From Acidimicrobiales bacterium (GTDB lineage: Bacteria > Actinomycetota > Acidimicrobiia > Acidimicrobiales > Bog-793), in contig JBEKVJ010000010.1 in NCBI GenBank assembly GCA_049514105.1, forward strand, positions 3,405 to 67,404: DNA of 64,000 bases. The letters are read 5' to 3'. Positions 19,003 through 27,297 of the stretch are shown here, piece by piece; position 1 is the stretch's first letter, and each line of letters begins with the position of its first letter. Position numbers and translations under genes: made by a program. The notes under the pieces are model-generated. The model ran no database searches. It was not told the origin of the DNA and saw only the letters and a list, made by a program, of their open reading frames with translations.

Positions 19003-21458
19003 ATGACCGAGGCGCTGTCGCTAGAGCAGCGGGACTTCGAACGACGCGATGGGTGGTATCCCAACGAGGCGGACCTCACTCCACAACTCGTCGGTTCACC
19101 AAGCTTCGGGCAGCTATTCGCCACCCAGCTCAACGGTCAGATCTATGCGCAACCTCTTCTCGTCGGCAAGGTCCTGCTCGTGGCGACCGAGACCGACTGG
19201 ATCTATGGCCTCAATCCTGTGTCCGGAGCGATCGAGTGGTCCCGCCAAATCGGCACGCCTTTCCTAGACAAGTCGCTGGGCTGTGCCGATTTGACCCCAG
19301 ACCTCGGAGTGACCTCAACTCCCGCTGTCGACCCGACCACCGGCGTCGTATACATGGTTGACCAGGCATTTGCGGGCAAGCCGAGACACATCGGTTGGTT
19401 CATGGCCATCAATCCGGAAACGGGCGCCGAAATGCCTCACTTCCCAGTTGAGATCAAAGGTCCGGCCAGCAACAACCCGAACCAGCCCTTCACTCCCATA
19501 AAGGAACTGCAACGACCTGGCCTCTTGTTCCTCGGCGGAGTCGTCTACGCCGCGTGCGTCCTAAGCGCCGAACTGTGGGGATTGCCCCTAAGTGGACTCG
19601 AGACGGCCGCTTACCTGCTTGTGATCTTCTCGGTAGCAGTCATCATTCTTCGCTCCGACTGTGGCGTCCTCGGCCAAGTTTTCCACGCTTCGTATCTGGC
19701 GGCAGGCTTTACCTTCCTCGGGTTTGCCGGGTACGTCGCCGCTGCAGCCACACACTCGATCCCCGAGGCGATAACGTCCTCCTTCCTACTGCTGCTTGAC
19801 CTCGGGGCTTTCTTAGTGTGGGGCTCGAACGTCAGCTATGTAAGCGACGTGTTGTGCCGCACGCGACACTCTCGGCCACAGCCCGTGGCTGATCCTGGCT
19901 ACCAGCCGATGGTGTCACTGCATATCCCGGCCTACAACGAGCCCCCCGACCTTCTCATCAACACGATCAAAGCCGCCGAGCAGCTCGACTACCCGGACTT
20001 CGAGGTGGTAGTGATCGACAACAACACCTCGGATCCCTTGGTCTACGAGCCAGTCGAGGAGTACTGCCGCGACCGCGAGCGCGTGAAATTCGTTCATGTC
20101 GCACCCTGGCCGGGCTACAAGGCGGGCGCGTGCAACCTTGCGTTGCGGAGTTACACAGACCCGCGGGCCGAGATCGTCGGCTTGATCGATGCGGACGACA
20201 TAGTCCAGCCGTACTACCTGCGCGAGACCGTCTCTTAGTTCTCCGACGCGCAGCTCGGATTCATCCAGACCTTCGAAGGTAATCGTGACTACGAAGGAAG
20301 TGCTTACTACACGGCCTGCGTCGACTCCTACCAGGCCTTCTATATGGCCATCATGTCCTCGCGAAATGAGAGGGACTCGATTCCATTCGTTGGCACCATG
20401 GGCCTGTTCCGCAGGAGCGCGCTCGTCGGCATCGGTGGCTGGAACGAGTGGTGCATCAGCGAGGACACCGAGGCGTCGGTGCGGATGGCGAAGACGGGCT
20501 GGGCCGGTCTCTACATACCGCGCTGTTTTGGGCGAGGCGTCGTGCCGCCTACCTACGCCGGGCTCAACACCCAGCGGCATCGCTGGTGCTTCGGCGCGAT
20601 GCAGATCTTCCGGCTCCATTGGCGGAGCCTTATGCCCTGGGACCGCTCAGCTGACAACCACCTCTCGAGCAGCCAGCGCAGGGACTACCTGATGGGGTGC
20701 ATGGGATGGACGAGAGACCTCATGATGTTCTTTTTCGCCCTTTTGCTGCTTGCCATCACCGGGCTGCGACTCGCGAACTCCCACTTTGCTATCACGCCCC
20801 TGGCCGGCGACAGGTCGCTGCTGCCGATGTCGCTCATCCTTATCGCCACGGTCTGCTCTGCATGATGTGGACCCTGCGCTATTGGACGACCATGTCGTAT
20901 CGGCGCGCCTTGATGTGTCTCGTCATTAGTCTTTCTGCCGGTTGGATAACGGCCCTGGCATGCATCGAGGGTTCGGCACGAAAAGACGGCGTCTTCCTGA
21001 GGACCTCAAAGTCCGGGAGCACCCACCACCGAATCACCACGGCTCTCCGGTTGAGCCGACTGGAGATCCTCTTAGCAAGCGCCTTGTACGCGTCGGCCGG
21101 ACTTCTCTCGACCCTCTCGCACCCACCTTTGTTGCTGATCTTCATCATCTCGCTTCAGGGCTCGGTGTACCTGTGTGCCCCGATTGCCGCGTTGTGGAAC
21201 TTGCGTGCACAACGCGTGCCGGCGCTCACGTACCGGCGTCGCTTCGAGGAGCGGCGCCTTCACCATGCGCGCCGTCGGCGACCTTTGTCTCGAGTGCTGC
21301 GCCCGCTGACAGCGACGCTGCTCGCGTTGGGAGTCGGTGGAGTGACAAGCGCTTTCGTAGCGCCGGCAGCCTTGCTGCGCGCGCGACCGTGGTGCATCAC
21401 AGAGCCATTTCTGTCCAGGCCCTGCTGTCTTCGTCACCAGACACCGAGGTCTATTTGA
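19003..21458 (+). pseudogene. chimeric, disrupted gene: PQQ-like beta-propeller fragment fused to a family-2 glycosyltransferase (cellulose-synthase-like), with an in-frame TAG and a C-terminal frameshift
   Basis: aa 1-185 are a propeller fragment with no signal peptide (GQIYAQPLLVG..ATETDWIYGL..). TM helices and a GT2 core follow (VVIDNNTSD, LIDADD). TAG at 20236-20238 sits in the same frame as the continuation (FSDAQLGFIQT.., ISEDTE, QRHRWCFG). The frame switches near 20850-20865 into ORF 20697..21458 (C-terminal TM helices, FLRTSKSG). Confidence 0.65.
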
Positions 21459-22210
21459 AGCTCGCGCCGGCCTTGTCGAAACAATCGCCCTACTATTCCG
21501 TGAGCTCGGTTGCGCTGTCCAAGCCCCAGTCTTTCTCGTCGACATCGCCAGTCGTGCTCAGTCTCGGCTTCGAGACCTCCGCGCTCGCGTTGCTCGACGA
21601 GGTCATTCGCGATGATCGCCCCGGAAGGGATATCTCCGCCCTTACGCTCGTTATCCGCAAACCAGGCTGGATCGGGCGGGCGGCCACGACCGAGGTGGCG
21701 GACACGTTCTATAAGGCTGCCGTCTCCTCATTCGACGATACCCTGTCAGGCTCACCGGCAGGCTACGTAACCTTCTCGCTATCGAGCCTCGGTCACGTGC
21801 TCACCGCCCCAAAGGATGTCGGGAGTCTGGGTCCGTTCCCCGAGGCACCGCGCTCGCTGAACGCGACCGACGCCTACGTGAATATGGGCCGCACCCCGTC
21901 AAAGCCGGGGGCCTACTACCCGGTGACCTTGGTCGGGCTCTCCCAGCCTGCGTCCTCTTCACCGACAGTGCGGGCTCAGCTCAACCTCAGCTTCGAGACC
22001 TCCTCGCTTGCCGTGCTCGATGAGGTCCTTCGCGATGGCGGTCCCGAAAGATCCCTCTCCAAACTCACCCTCGTCATAGGCAAGTCGACTCCGAGCGGCC
22101 GACCGGGGACGACGGAGTTGACCGCCACATTCACCAAGGCTGTCGTCTCCTCGTTCGATGAGACCCTGTCCGGCTCGCCGACGGGCAAGGTGACTCTTTC
22201 GGTCAAGTAG
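21455..22210 (+). CDS. uncharacterised protein built from two tandem ~110-aa repeats with an Hcp-like sequence pattern
   Basis: TTG 21455 has a GAGG RBS 5 nt upstream and overlaps the preceding stop (TTGA). The alternative start GTG 21389 has no RBS. Repeat A is 21452-21790 and repeat B is 21875-22207; about 60 of 111 positions are identical in a gapless hand alignment. Confidence 0.5.
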   Translation: MKLAPALSKQSPYYSVSSVALSKPQSFSSTSPVVLSLGFETSALALLDEVIRDDRPGRDISALTLVIRKPGWIGRAATTEVADTFYKAAVSSFDDTLSGSPAGYVTFSLSSLGHVLTAPKDVGSLGPFPEAPRSLNATDAYVNMGRTPSKPGAYYPVTLVGLSQPASSSPTVRAQLNLSFETSSLAVLDEVLRDGGPERSLSKLTLVIGKSTPSGRPGTTELTATFTKAVVSSFDETLSGSPTGKVTLSVK

Positions 22211-22281
22211 CGAAGGCTGGTCACTCGCTTGTCTTGTGGGCGCGGCCGATTGGACAGTTATCAGGTCGCACCCCTTGCTTG

Positions 22282-23391
22282 TCAACCCTGCTGGAGTGAT
22301 CCACAACCAGCTCGAGAGAGCGTCGTCCTGACTGTAAGGCAGTAGGAGGAAAGCTTTAGCGAGAAGTAAGAAGACCCGGTGCCGGTCAGGGCTCCGTCCT
22401 GTGGGCCGAATTCCGTGCCGAAAGGTATTGAGTCGAGCCAGTAGCGTTTGGCGAAGTCGCTCCACCCATAGTTGTTCTGGAGCAGGCTACCCACAGCCGA
22501 GAGAACAGAGCCGAGATTGCCGCTCACGGTGCCCTTGGCGACGATGTCGGCCGCGTTCAGGACAACCCAGACAGCACCCCCCCAAGGCGCTGTCTGGCCT
22601 TTGGCGAAGATGTTGCTCGCGTAGATCGACCAGGCTTGTGTGTCAGGTCGGACGGCCCCAGCGATGGAGAACGGGATGCTTGCTGTCCCGACCTCCATAC
22701 TCGCGGGCAACAGAGCCTTTTCGTCATAGTCCGTCCAGATCATCAATTCGAGGGTGCCATCGGTTCTGCAGGGCCTTTTCGTCGCAGACGGGTTGAGCCA
22801 CAGGTCGTATGCGACGTCGTAAGTCACTTGTCCCGAATGCGCTGCGTAAGTCGTCGTACCGATGAAGTCGGGCGGGATCGCCTTTACCTGCATCGGGAGC
22901 CGCAAGATCTTGGACTCAGGTGGCGAGGTAGCTTCGTGGCACAAGTTGATGCCGTACAAGACGTTCGGGTAGCCGCGCACCCAGGTGTAAGCGCTCGGTG
23001 CGAGGCAGCTCGATTGCACGCAGGGCGGGGCACTGGGAAAGTCTCCCCGTACAAGCAACGCGCCGGGAGAGGTGACTGACATGCCGAGGGATCCGGCCGT
23101 CGTAGTTCCGCCGCCGAGGTTCCATTCGTCTCCGTTCAGCTGAGCCACGCCGAGGTCGGGGCCTGAGGGCTCGCAAGCATTGCGGGCAGACGGCCCGAAT
23201 TGACATCGTGCCGTCCAGTCCCAGGCCTTACCGTTCGCGGCAGCATCGGGAAGTAGCAAGACTCCTGTGTGATCGGCACCGTCTTGTCCACAAGCGGCGA
23301 GCACCGGTGCGAGGACGCATAACGCTAACAGGAGCAGCCCCGGCCGCCGACTCCGGTGTTTGTGCCTTCTGCTGAGCTTCTTCGGGACCAC
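22282..23391 (-). CDS. GH12-like glycoside hydrolase lipoprotein
   Basis: Signal peptide with lipobox LAAC. GH12-type motifs GDEWNLGG, RGYPNVLYG, YDLWLN, nucleophile motif LELMIW and FGTEFG. Confidence 0.6.
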   Translation of the reverse strand: MVPKKLSRRHKHRSRRPGLLLLALCVLAPVLAACGQDGADHTGVLLLPDAAANGKAWDWTARCQFGPSARNACEPSGPDLGVAQLNGDEWNLGGGTTTAGSLGMSVTSPGALLVRGDFPSAPPCVQSSCLAPSAYTWVRGYPNVLYGINLCHEATSPPESKILRLPMQVKAIPPDFIGTTTYAAHSGQVTYDVAYDLWLNPSATKRPCRTDGTLELMIWTDYDEKALLPASMEVGTASIPFSIAGAVRPDTQAWSIYASNIFAKGQTAPWGGAVWVVLNAADIVAKGTVSGNLGSVLSAVGSLLQNNYGWSDFAKRYWLDSIPFGTEFGPQDGALTGTGSSYFSLKLSSYCLTVRTTLSRAGCGSLQQG

Positions 23392-23437
23392 TCAGTGGCT
23401 CCTCGTGGGCCGAGATACCTGAGAGCTTCTTGATCGC

Positions 23438-23878
23438 CTAAAAGAAGTGAAGATGCAGGTGACCATCACGCGCCACGACGGCGAATACCTTTCCGATGGT
23501 CGAGGACCTGGCGGCCGGGCCGAATACGCGCGAATCACACGAGTCGGAGCGATTGTCTCCCATGACGAAGTACCGGCCAAACGGGATCTTGATGCGGTGT
23601 ATGGATGTCGAGCCCACCTGCCCGTAACTCAAGTCGTACCAGCCCGGCTCATGGAGTTGTTGCCCGTTTATGTAGATCCTGTTCTTGACCGACCAAATCG
23701 TGTCGCCCGGCACTCCGATCACGCGTTGCACGAGGTCCAGGCTCTGGTCCTTAGATGCCTTGCACGGGAAGACCTTTGGATGGCGAAAGACGACGATGTC
23801 TCCGAGATGAATCGGTCCCGCTAGGCGACTGGATTTCACCACCAGGATGCGATCGCCCACCTGGAGGGTCGGATTCAT
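23438..23878 (-). CDS. signal peptidase I (S26) homologue, N-terminally truncated and lacking the Ser/Lys dyad (probable remnant or pseudoenzyme)
   Basis: Starts at MNPTL inside the SMxPTL box. The upstream in-frame sequence reads ..FTVPSAA-M (Ala where the catalytic Ser sits) and hits a stop at 23927-23929. The KR box reads LVQRVIGVPGD (Lys to Gln). GDNRSDSCDSR is retained. No TM anchor. Confidence 0.55.
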   Translation of the reverse strand: MNPTLQVGDRILVVKSSRLAGPIHLGDIVVFRHPKVFPCKASKDQSLDLVQRVIGVPGDTIWSVKNRIYINGQQLHEPGWYDLSYGQVGSTSIHRIKIPFGRYFVMGDNRSDSCDSRVFGPAARSSTIGKVFAVVARDGHLHLHFF

Positions 23879-23902
23879 AGCGGCCGAAGGAACCGTGAAG
23901 GG

Positions 23903-24241
23903 TTGGACGACCGAGGCGCGGTAGGTCTAGACGATTTCGGTACCCGTTATTCCTCGCTTGCTTACCTACGTCAGTTCCCGCTTGACTTCGTCAAGATTGA
24001 CAAATCGTTCGTCGACGATTTAGTCCTCGACGCAAAGGTACGTGCCATTGCCGGTGCCATCATTGTCCTATCGCATGCGCTCGACCTGACTGTCGTCGCC
24101 GAGGGGGTCGAGCTCCCGAGCCAGGGCCAGGTCCTCATAGACCTCGGCTGCGATCGGGCCCAAGGGTTCCTCTATGCCCGCTCTGGCCCTCCCGAAGACG
24201 TCGACGACCTCGTCCTCGCTTGGCCCTCCCAACCGCTGTAG
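23903..24241 (+). pseudogene. EAL (c-di-GMP phosphodiesterase) domain, C-terminal fragment only
   Basis: LDDFGTRYSSLAYLRQFPLDFVKIDKSFV..VVAEGVE..GCDRAQGF covers only the distal half of an EAL domain. The EAL motif and any sensor or GGDEF part are missing. It abuts the truncated SPase gene head to head. Confidence 0.6.
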
Positions 24242-24412
24242 GCCCTATAGACCTGTGGTCACGCCGCGCGCGTAATCCCTATCTAGTCTGTCGCTGCGTT
24301 TAGCGTCGACTAGCGGTGCGCAGCTGTGACGTTTGTCGTTTAGGGGATCGTCCCAAGCGATGTCGCGGCCGAGTGAAGCGCCTCGGGGCTTGTAGCGTGG
24401 CGGACCGAGACG

Positions 24413-25171
24413 ATGAGGGAGGTCCTGAGCGTGCAACATAGCGTGGAGATCGAGACCGGAGACGGGACCTGCCCAGCCGCGCTGAGCATTCCCGAGGGTG
24501 ACGGAGCTTGGCCAGCAGTGATCATGTTCCCGGACGCTGGCGGGATGCGCCCCACCATGCGCCAGATGGGTGAGCGGCTTTCCCGGCTTGGTTACATCGT
24601 CCTGGTGCCAGACTTCTACTACCGCAAGGGCCCATATGAGCCCTTCGACATGCGCAGCGCATTCCAGAACGCGGAGTCGAGGGATCGAATCATGGCATTG
24701 GCTCGGAGCTATAGCGCCGATATGGCTATTCGCGATGACCTTGCCTTCGTCGACTACCTGGACTCGTTGCCCGAGAGGAGTCCGGGCGGGATCGGAACGA
24801 CCGGCTACTGCATGGGCGGTCGACTGTCGCTCATGGCGGCCGGATTTCTTGGCGGACGCATCGCGGCCGCGGCCTCTTTCCACGGCGGGAACCTTGCCAA
24901 AGAAGACGACCCCGACAGCCCCCACCACAAAGCGGGTGCCATCGAGGCAACCGTCTACGTGGCCGGAGCCGTGGAGGACCAGTCATTCACCGACGAGCAG
25001 AAGGACCGTCTCGAGACTGCCCTGACTAAGGCCGGTGTCGCCCATACGATCGAGACATATCCCGCTCACCACGGCTTTGCCGTCCCGGACAACGCCACTT
25101 ACGACGAAGCTGCATCCGAGCGCCACTGGCAGGCCATGGAGAACCTCTTCGCTTCGGTGCTCCGATCCTGA
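24413..25171 (+). CDS. dienelactone hydrolase family protein
   Basis: 252 aa, alpha/beta hydrolase with the nucleophile elbow GYCMGG and the DLH-type N-terminus (AVIMFPDAGG). GTG 24431 (GGGAGG RBS 8 nt upstream) is an alternative start. Confidence 0.8.
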   Translation: MREVLSVQHSVEIETGDGTCPAALSIPEGDGAWPAVIMFPDAGGMRPTMRQMGERLSRLGYIVLVPDFYYRKGPYEPFDMRSAFQNAESRDRIMALARSYSADMAIRDDLAFVDYLDSLPERSPGGIGTTGYCMGGRLSLMAAGFLGGRIAAAASFHGGNLAKEDDPDSPHHKAGAIEATVYVAGAVEDQSFTDEQKDRLETALTKAGVAHTIETYPAHHGFAVPDNATYDEAASERHWQAMENLFASVLRS

Positions 25172-25596
25172 GCTGGATGGCCAAGCTGGACTCAAAGGCG
25201 TTGACCGCACTATCGGAGGGTCTCCAGCCGCACAACCCGACCCGACGAGCCCGGCAGTGTGCCACTTGGCCTGACTCGAACCGGCGACGTGGGCTGGTGA
25301 AGCGACCTCGTGAGTCTTGGGAGTTCGCAACGCTTCGCCAAGTGACTGATCAACTGCCCGGACTCCAGTCGCGTACGACTAACAGCGACGGACTGAGACG
25401 TCGGACTCGATTGTTGGGAAATGAAAGGCACTTGGCCACCGAGGGCTCTGATTCAAGAGACTGTGACCATGCCTGCGCTAGGAAGAAGATCAGGAGACTC
25501 GTGACTCCGGGCGCAGAGACCTACGATCGTTATAATGTCTTCCGAAGGGGCCAGGTAACAAGATCCCCGGTCACGGAACCGAAGAAGGGGACAGCC

Positions 25597-27261
25597 ATGA
25601 ACGATCGCGAAGTGGGCGCTCAACGGCCGATTCTCAGCCGCCGGCGCTTCCTCTCCCTGACAGCCGCTTCCGCCGGTGCGATGGGGATTGCTGCCCTCGG
25701 CACTCCGTCAGAGGCTGAAGCCAGCTCGTCCGCGACGCTACGAGTGGGCTGGACCTCGCCGCCCGACGTAATGAATCCCTTCACTTTCACCTCGACAGCC
25801 TCCAACGAGATCCTATGGCTCATCTACGACACGCTGATGACCTACGACCTCGACCTCAAGCCGGTCCCCTCCCTGGCCACCAGCGAAGACATGAGCGCCG
25901 ATGGCAAGGTATTCACCTATCGTCTGCGGCCCGAGGCGACCTGGCATGACGGTAAGCCGGTGACGGCGGCCGATGTCAAGTTCACCTACGACATGACGGC
26001 CTACCACAACCTTGGCCAGGCGGCCTGGGCCCTCGCCGACTACGACTCCTCGCGCGTCATCAACGACCACACCGTGGAGATCACGTACAAGTCGCCGCAG
26101 GCTTTCGACCCAGCCCTGGCCATCGCCATCGTGCCCCAGCACATCTGGGATTCGATGTCGCCGACCAAGATCGCGGGCTACGCCAACCCCCATCCGATCG
26201 GAAGCGGCCCGTTCACCTTTGACAAGTGGGTGTCCGGCCAGTACGTCCAGGTCGACCGCTACGCCAAGTGGTGGGGACGGCGCCCCGCAGCCGCCTCGAT
26301 CATCTGGGTCCAGTACGACAACAGCGACGTCATGGTGCAGGCCCTCACCTCCGGACAAGTCGACATCTTGACGGAGGTACCCCCCATCCTTTTCGACGGG
26401 CTCACGCGTAATTCCGGCGTGAAGGCAGTAGAGATGGAATCGTTCTCCTTCCACCACATCGGCTTCAACGTCTCGTCCAACCCGAAGTCCGGCGGCAATC
26501 CGCTGCTGCGCGACGTCGAGATCCGCCGGGCCCTCCAGTATTCGCTTAACCGCGAACAGCTGGTGGCCCTCTGCCTCGCCGGCCGGGGCAGTCCCGGCAG
26601 CGTCCTGCTCCCGCCCTCCTTCGGTGCGTGGCAGGAGAAGATCCCGCTGGACCAGCAGTACAACGCGAACCCCGAGAAAGCCAAGTCGATTCTCGACGCG
26701 GCGGGTTACAAGATGGGACCGAACGGGGTCCGCCGGGACAAGCATGGGCGCCCACTCAGCTTCCGACTGATCGCAATCGAGACGACCGACGTGGACGTGG
26801 AGGCCGGGCAGGTCTTCGTAAAGGCGGCCGACGCGATCGGGGTCAAGCTGACCTTCAACACCCTCGACCCCACGACGTTGAGCAACATCGTCTACAACGC
26901 GGCGGCGCCCAATTGGGACATCTTCATCTGGGGCTGGGACTCGAACGTTCCCGACCCCGATTACCTGATGGGCATCGACTTGACCGACCAGATCGGCAGC
27001 AACAACGACGTCTACTACTCCAATCCCACCTACGATCGGCTTTGGATCGAGCAGTCGACGACGATAAACGCCGCCAAACGCCAAGAGATCGTCCACGAGA
27101 TGCAGCAGATGTACTACGACGACGCCGCCTACTGCATCATGTGGTACCAGAGCAAGCTTCAGGCCTACAACACCGCTAACTGGACGGGCTGGACGCCCAC
27201 GCGCGGCGGCATGATCTACAACTTCACGCGATACAACTACCTGCGCGTGACACCGGTCTAA
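25597..27261 (+). CDS. ABC transporter substrate-binding protein, family 5 (peptide/nickel/oligosaccharide type), Tat signal
   Basis: Start moved to ATG 25597 inside ORF 25177..27261 (RBS GAAGGGGA). Twin-arginine signal SRRRFLSLTAASAGAMG; SBP_bac_5-type body. Confidence 0.85.
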   Translation: MNDREVGAQRPILSRRRFLSLTAASAGAMGIAALGTPSEAEASSSATLRVGWTSPPDVMNPFTFTSTASNEILWLIYDTLMTYDLDLKPVPSLATSEDMSADGKVFTYRLRPEATWHDGKPVTAADVKFTYDMTAYHNLGQAAWALADYDSSRVINDHTVEITYKSPQAFDPALAIAIVPQHIWDSMSPTKIAGYANPHPIGSGPFTFDKWVSGQYVQVDRYAKWWGRRPAAASIIWVQYDNSDVMVQALTSGQVDILTEVPPILFDGLTRNSGVKAVEMESFSFHHIGFNVSSNPKSGGNPLLRDVEIRRALQYSLNREQLVALCLAGRGSPGSVLLPPSFGAWQEKIPLDQQYNANPEKAKSILDAAGYKMGPNGVRRDKHGRPLSFRLIAIETTDVDVEAGQVFVKAADAIGVKLTFNTLDPTTLSNIVYNAAAPNWDIFIWGWDSNVPDPDYLMGIDLTDQIGSNNDVYYSNPTYDRLWIEQSTTINAAKRQEIVHEMQQMYYDDAAYCIMWYQSKLQAYNTANWTGWTPTRGGMIYNFTRYNYLRVTPV

Positions 27262-27297
27262 CCGGGTCCATCTGTCTGCCTCCCTCCGGTATGACCA

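Noticed and set aside
20236-20238. TAG in the GT2 gene as programmed recoding (pyrrolysine or read-through)
   Set aside because: No pyl genes or recoding signal are visible. The same gene also has a frameshift and a truncated fusion partner, so pseudogenisation or sequencing error is more economical.
21455-22210. Interpreting the tandem Hcp-like protein as evidence for a type VI secretion or contractile injection system
   Set aside because: No sheath, baseplate, VgrG/spike, ATPase or tail-assembly genes occur anywhere in the 64 kb. Only the fold-level resemblance is reported.
25531-25536. TATAAT hexamer as a defined promoter
   Set aside because: There is no convincing -35 element at the proper spacing, and actinobacterial promoters are too degenerate to call from one hexamer. 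It is kept only as a remark inside the long-leader finding.
25813-27096. 427-aa minus-strand ORF, plus similar long ORFs at 38723..40108 (+), 39753..41042 (+), 15543..16436 (+), 13353..14309 (-), 57592..58584 (-), 519..1298 (-), 50241..50909 (+) and 47743..48270 (+)
   Set aside because: All lie antisense to, or out of frame within, genes with strong family signatures. Their translations are Arg/Gly/Pro/Asp-rich low-complexity strings typical of shadow ORFs in high-GC DNA.
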